In this document: positions 17,476 through 21,567 of the stretch, one piece after another
Numbering within the stretch: position 1 is the first letter of the stretch
Layout of the letters: each line of letters starts with the position of its first letter
NCBI GenBank assembly: GCA_011364905.1
Contig: RDNZ01000046.1
Span: 1 to 21,567, forward strand
DNA length: 21,567 nucleotides
Source: Candidatus Thorarchaeota archaeon
Lineage (GTDB): Archaea; Asgardarchaeota; Thorarchaeia; Thorarchaeales; Thorarchaeaceae
Reading direction: 5' to 3'
Program-made: the position numbers and the translations under genes
The notes under the pieces: model-generated
The model's input: only the letters and a program-made list of their open reading frames with translations
Database searches by the model: none
What the model was told of the DNA's origin: nothing

Positions 17476-18162
17476 ATGTCAAAACAGCTAGATTACTATT
17501 TGAAGGAAATCGAAAAGAGACTCGGCATTCTATACAAACTAACAGCCAGGTCGCTTTCAGAAGCGATGACTGCCTTCAAGACGCTGGACCAAGAGTGTGC
17601 GACAAAGGTGAAGGAAATGGCTACTGAAATCGAAACCTTGTCTGAGAATATCGAAGATAACGTGTTTGAGACCATTGCGCGAAGGCAACCAGTAGCAAGA
17701 GATCTGAGACGATTGTCCGTATATCTGCAAATCACTCACAGTCTTTTCCGAATCGGTAGGTATTCCTACAAGATTGCTCACATCACTAATCTCTGCCAAA
17801 ACATGGAGCACTTCAAAGAGCTCCAGTCACTGCCCTATCTAGCTCAACAAGCTATCATGACTCTTGATATTGCAATGAAAGGGATACTCGAAGGGGATCT
17901 ATCAAGAATAGACGAATTGGAAAAACTGGAAGCTGAAACTGATAGAGAGACCTCTGAGATGTTCGATGAAATCGTGATGTATCTTCGCGGACAGGAGGGA
18001 ATCGAGAAGATGGCACTGTTCTACATAATTGTAGGAAGATACTATGAGCGAGCCGCAGACCAAGCCTTCCTAATAGCCGAGAAAGCTGTGTATATGGTTA
18101 CTGGGAAGAGAAAGAAGCTTGGAGTCGCATACAAAGGAAGCGCAAGTCAGGCGCCCCATTAA
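17476..18162 (+). CDS. phoU: Phosphate uptake regulator PhoU (paralog 1)
   Basis: IARRQPVARDLR, YERAADQA, AVYMVTG, directly after pstB. ATG 17476 after AGGTGA. Confidence 0.92.
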   Translation: MSKQLDYYLKEIEKRLGILYKLTARSLSEAMTAFKTLDQECATKVKEMATEIETLSENIEDNVFETIARRQPVARDLRRLSVYLQITHSLFRIGRYSYKIAHITNLCQNMEHFKELQSLPYLAQQAIMTLDIAMKGILEGDLSRIDELEKLEAETDRETSEMFDEIVMYLRGQEGIEKMALFYIIVGRYYERAADQAFLIAEKAVYMVTGKRKKLGVAYKGSASQAPH

Positions 18163-18213
18163 TCGGAAAGTCTTAATCTCTATCCTACAAACAAAAGTCG
18201 TCGGTGTATAACC

Positions 18214-18900
18214 ATGAGTTCTGAACTTGCTCTCGAGATTGTCAAAGTCACCAAGCATCTTGCAGACCTTCAGGCCTTGGTCGCCAAAGCTCTGACACAG
18301 TCAATAAAAGCCTTCGAAGACCTCGATGTCGAGCTCGCTTCTGAAATCATTTCAGTGTCTGATCAAGTGGAGGAGCTTCACCATTTCATAGAGAACTTTG
18401 TCTTTACTACGGTTTCAAAGTATCAACCCACAGGGATTGACATCAGACGTTTGATTACATACTACCATACGTCCGGTTGCCTCCGAAACATCGGCCGCTA
18501 TGCTGGCAAAATTTCGAAGATTGTAGAGTTCTGCGAAGATCTTGATCACTTCAAGGAACTCGAGTCACTACCGTATCTTGCAGAGCTGGCTATCTCTGCG
18601 ATTGATACCAGTATGAGAGCTGTCTTTGATGAAGACCTATCAGAGATCAATGAGATAGAGAAGTTGGAGGCCCAAAGTGACAATGAGGCTGCTGAAATGT
18701 TTCAAGAGATTGCGGAATACCTCAGTCGACGAAGGGATATCAGTGAGCTTGCAATGTACTATGTTATTGTGGGACGATACTACGAACGGGCGGCAGATCA
18801 AGCTATCAGTATAGCTGAATATGCCATATACACTATCACTGATGAACGCAAACAACTTGGACTAGCGTATGAGAAAGAATCAGAAAGCATGCTCGATTGA
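18214..18900 (+). CDS. phoU: Phosphate uptake regulator PhoU (paralog 2)
   Basis: YQPTGIDIR, HFKELESLPYLA, VGRYYERAADQA; collinear with the preceding PhoU. Confidence 0.9.
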   Translation: MSSELALEIVKVTKHLADLQALVAKALTQSIKAFEDLDVELASEIISVSDQVEELHHFIENFVFTTVSKYQPTGIDIRRLITYYHTSGCLRNIGRYAGKISKIVEFCEDLDHFKELESLPYLAELAISAIDTSMRAVFDEDLSEINEIEKLEAQSDNEAAEMFQEIAEYLSRRRDISELAMYYVIVGRYYERAADQAISIAEYAIYTITDERKQLGLAYEKESESMLD

Positions 18901-18909
18901 ATAGTCTAC

Positions 18910-19428
18910 TTATTCCTTGGGTTTGCGAATTTCTCGAACCAGTTCCTCGAATGCCTGGTTCACATTCAGGTTCTCCGTAGCACTTGTCCGAATCCACATT
19001 AGCCCTCGTGACTCCACCATCCCCCTTATCTGCTCCTCAGAAATCACAGACTCAAGATCGATTTTGTTTTCGACCACAACCACGGCAACCTTTCCTGCAG
19101 CATTAAAGAGCGCTGTGAGCCAATCATCCATGTGCTGAAGTGTCTCTATGCGTGTCCTATCGAAGACAAAGAATGCACCAGATGCGTTAGCACAATACTG
19201 TTCTCGCAGTGCAGAGAAGGACTCTTGACCTCCGAGGTCCCAGATAACAAGCTTATACTTCGATCCTTCAAATTCTAGTGACTTGACATGCAACATTGCT
19301 CCGATTGTTCGACCGATATCGGGAGCTAGACTATCATACACATAGCGCTGTACAAGTGAAGTTTTTCCTACACTGCTGTCTCCTAAGAAGACGAGCTTAT
19401 GGACGAAATCGGGCTCGCCGCCAATCAC
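18910..19428 (-). CDS. Rab-like small GTPase (divergent copy)
   Basis: G1 GDSSVGKTS, G2 TIG, G3 WDLGGQ, G4 NKID, G5 TSAT. Start placed at GTG 19428 after AAGGAG. Confidence 0.92.
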   Translation of the reverse strand: MIGGEPDFVHKLVFLGDSSVGKTSLVQRYVYDSLAPDIGRTIGAMLHVKSLEFEGSKYKLVIWDLGGQESFSALREQYCANASGAFFVFDRTRIETLQHMDDWLTALFNAAGKVAVVVVENKIDLESVISEEQIRGMVESRGLMWIRTSATENLNVNQAFEELVREIRKPKE

Positions 19429-19455
19429 ATTACATATCTCCTTTCCCAAGCTTAG

Positions 19456-19983
19456 CTAGATGCGCCTATCACGTGCTTTGACTAATATATCACGTGTCAT
19501 TTGCCTAAAAGCTTCTTCTACATTTGTATCTTCCTTTGCACTTGTGGCAATGATTGGAATATTGTGTTTTTTCTTCACAGCTTCTTTGACCTCAGGCGGT
19601 ACAGCACTCTCAAGATCCACCTTGTTTTCAAGCAAGACTAATGGAATCTTCCCTGTTACTGTAAACAGAGCATTTAACCAATCATCCACACGTTCAATGG
19701 TCTCAGGTCTCGTGGTGTCAAACACAAAGAAAGCTCCAGATGCATTCATGTAATAGGCTCTCCTGAGCTGAGCGAAGTTGTCTTGTCCGGCGATGTCCCA
19801 GATGACCAGCTTCACTACAGTTTCGTTAAGGTTCACCATCTTCACATGAATGTCTGTCCCAATTGTGGCTAGATAATCCCCCTCAAAACTGTCATACACA
19901 TAGCGACCTACCAGACTAGTCTTGCCTACAGCTCCTTCACCCAAAAAAACCAGTTTGAAGAGGTAGTCAACGTTGTCGGGCAG
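19456..19983 (-). CDS. Rab-like small GTPase (canonical copy)
   Basis: DYLFKL, G1 GEGAVGKTS, G2 YLATIG, G3 WDIAGQ, G4 NKVD, G5 TSAK, NVEEAF. The ORF-track start (20289) overlaps the opposite gene; probable real start is CTG 19983 after GGAG. Confidence 0.92.
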   Translation of the reverse strand: MPDNVDYLFKLVFLGEGAVGKTSLVGRYVYDSFEGDYLATIGTDIHVKMVNLNETVVKLVIWDIAGQDNFAQLRRAYYMNASGAFFVFDTTRPETIERVDDWLNALFTVTGKIPLVLLENKVDLESAVPPEVKEAVKKKHNIPIIATSAKEDTNVEEAFRQMTRDILVKARDRRI

Positions 19984-20130
19984 GGTCCGTACGCTCCATG
20001 GAATGGCGTGTTTGAAACTTGAAAACGCTACTCTTCTAATAACACTATCGCCCATGTTTTCTGTACCAAAATCCGCACCAAAAGTCAGAAAAGGCGGAAC
20101 CATGCTTTTCGAAGTCAGAGGCCAAGAGAA

Positions 20131-20922
20131 ATGGAAGTTGGAACCTTCGCACGCAATAATGAGCAGGTCCGAAGCGCCATCAAGAATGAACCGGATTTCA
20201 TAGACCTCCGCATGGATCTGAACTTCAGCATCAATTTTGGCGAAGCCAAAGCTGATCTGAATAAGGCGGGGATTCCTTGCACACTTCATCTTCCAAGTAA
20301 TCCTGACTGGAAGCCGATTGAACTAAGCCGCGGAATCGTTCCATACATTGATCTGGGGCGGCAAATTGACGCAGAAGTGGTGACATTCCATACAATGCTT
20401 TCCACACTCTTCTATGATGACTATGACATTGAGACATTCCTGAAAGCATTACCTTTGGCGTGCGAGGCGTCGAAAGAAGCTGGAGTTACATTGGCAATTG
20501 AGACTCTAGGTCTATACTACACTGAAATGCAACTACTCTTCGACATGTTCCCTAATATGAGAATGGCATTAGACATCGGACACGGGCAAATCTTAGCAAG
20601 AAGAAATCGCGCACTTGACCATATAGCCTCATTTTACGACCAGATTGTCATGGTCAATGTTCATGACAACAATGGATCTCAAATGGTTGATGACGTCCAG
20701 AAGATGAAGAAAGAGAGAGAGGTTTCTCAGGGAGAGATTCGCGAGCTTGCAGTGCGGTATGACACCCATCTCCATATTGGCGAGGGTGAGATAGACTTTC
20801 AAACAATCTTCAAAGAATTGAAACAACGAGGATACAGCGGCAAGTTCTTGATGATGTGCGAATGTCCTTCAGACTTTCCACGTGAGAGAGAGAAGTTTAT
20901 GGAACTATGGCTGACTTCCTAG
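20131..20922 (+). CDS. Sugar phosphate isomerase/epimerase (xylose isomerase-like, AP endonuclease 2 TIM-barrel family)
   Basis: TLHLP, VTFH, LAIET, ALDIGH, VHDNNG...DTHLHIGEGEIDF, GYSG motifs. Confidence 0.85.
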   Translation: MEVGTFARNNEQVRSAIKNEPDFIDLRMDLNFSINFGEAKADLNKAGIPCTLHLPSNPDWKPIELSRGIVPYIDLGRQIDAEVVTFHTMLSTLFYDDYDIETFLKALPLACEASKEAGVTLAIETLGLYYTEMQLLFDMFPNMRMALDIGHGQILARRNRALDHIASFYDQIVMVNVHDNNGSQMVDDVQKMKKEREVSQGEIRELAVRYDTHLHIGEGEIDFQTIFKELKQRGYSGKFLMMCECPSDFPREREKFMELWLTS

Positions 20923-21567
20923 CCCGATTTTGCCAGAGACTCAACGAGTTTGAGGACATCCTTCAAACCCTTCTTATCATCCGCCTTTTCATAAAATGCG
21001 CGCGCTCTTCTGACAGCATCCATAGCAAGGTCGGGCTTTCCTTGTACGACGAAGAACCTGGCTTGCTTAAGACGGGCTGCTCCCATGCCGCTATAGACTT
21101 CTTTCGGATACTCGAACATGTCAACATTGATGACCTTCCCACAATCCGGACAGGCAATAACCAGATCTAGATCGGAGTCGACAGGTTTCTGCGGCGATGC
21201 TTGTTCCTGGGCTTTGGCTGGTGCTGGCTCACTTGGAGGTGGAGCCTTTACTGGAGCTGCAGGAGGTGCCTGGGCTTTATCAACTGGTGATGGTGCGGAG
21301 GGGCTATCGACAGGTGTCTCGACTGTAGTTGCTTCAAGCACGGGGACCTCACCCTCCATTTCAAAGCCTGATGGAGAAGTCCCAGGCGGGATTCCTGTGT
21401 CAGGAGAAGGAGGGATAACAGGTTCTGGTTCTGGCTCTGGGGGATGCTCAACATAAGCAGACTTGGACCCAAGGATTGATTCCTCAATCTGGGATGATGT
21501 TGGACCAGCCTTGGGCATAAAAGCGGCAGCTTCAGGAGGAAGTGGTTCACTTCCTTCCATCATAGTT
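20919..21567 (-). CDS. 3' part of a hypothetical protein: Pro/Ala/Glu-rich linker, CxxC knuckle, TPR-like C-terminal helices (probably partial)
   Basis: Frame is open to the window edge. Low-complexity PEPEPEP/APPAAP linker, IACPDCGK, then amphipathic helices. Stop overlaps the TIM-barrel stop at CTAG (20919-20922). Confidence 0.75.
   Translation of the reverse strand, partial: TMMEGSEPLPPEAAAFMPKAGPTSSQIEESILGSKSAYVEHPPEPEPEPVIPPSPDTGIPPGTSPSGFEMEGEVPVLEATTVETPVDSPSAPSPVDKAQAPPAAPVKAPPPSEPAPAKAQEQASPQKPVDSDLDLVIACPDCGKVINVDMFEYPKEVYSGMGAARLKQARFFVVQGKPDLAMDAVRRARAFYEKADDKKGLKDVLKLVESLAKSG

Noticed and set aside
20060-20125. Short direct repeats ACCAAAA x2 and AAGTCAGA x2 in the divergent promoter
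   Set aside because: Too short to separate from chance without comparative data.
19984-20289. 102-aa N-terminal extension of the Rab-like ORF in the ORF track
   Set aside because: It overlaps the TIM-barrel gene on the opposite strand and the divergent promoter region; an RBS-anchored CTG at 19983 gives a normal GTPase length.
21118-21550. Alternative ORFs 21118-21456 (+) and 21248-21550 (-)
   Set aside because: Frame and antisense artefacts of the Pro-rich low-complexity coding region.
1-21567. Genome-wide TAG or TGA recoding (pyrrolysine/selenocysteine)
   Set aside because: TAG and TGA end many genes exactly at expected C-termini (livF, fadD, pstB, pstS, idsA, phoU2), and no conserved domain is interrupted.

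Overview
A gene-dense archaeal window. Two Rab-like small GTPases, a HEAT solenoid, BRE/TATA-like promoters, GGTGA/GGAG ribosome-binding sites and an archaeal-type prenyl synthase point to an Asgard archaeon, possibly Thorarchaeia (inference). In order: the end of a Liv-type ABC operon (livG tail, livF) running into a 13-repeat HEAT protein and a long-chain acyl-CoA ligase; a NIPSNAP-like protein, a GNAT-like protein, an iron-sulfur flavoprotein and a second GNAT; a GGPP-type prenyl synthase; small hypothetical, SPFH and Zn-ribbon proteins and a third GNAT; an orphan amino-methyltransferase; a wHTH regulator in front of a complete pstSCAB operon with two tandem phoU paralogs; two tandem Rab-like GTPases convergent on that operon; a TIM-barrel enzyme; and the 3' end of a Pro-rich protein. 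No rRNA, tRNA, CRISPR array or mobile element was recognised. The best leads are: (i) a duplicated Rab-like pair in which one copy is canonical and the other naturally carries substitutions equivalent to Ras F28L/Y32I/P34R/K147T; (ii) a Zn-ribbon protein with an N-terminal PIP-box-like motif; (iii) apparent ATT and CTG start codons; (iv) a terminator-like hairpin whose loop can pair downstream; (v) repeated elements upstream of pstS. All functional interpretations are by-eye inferences and no searches were run.
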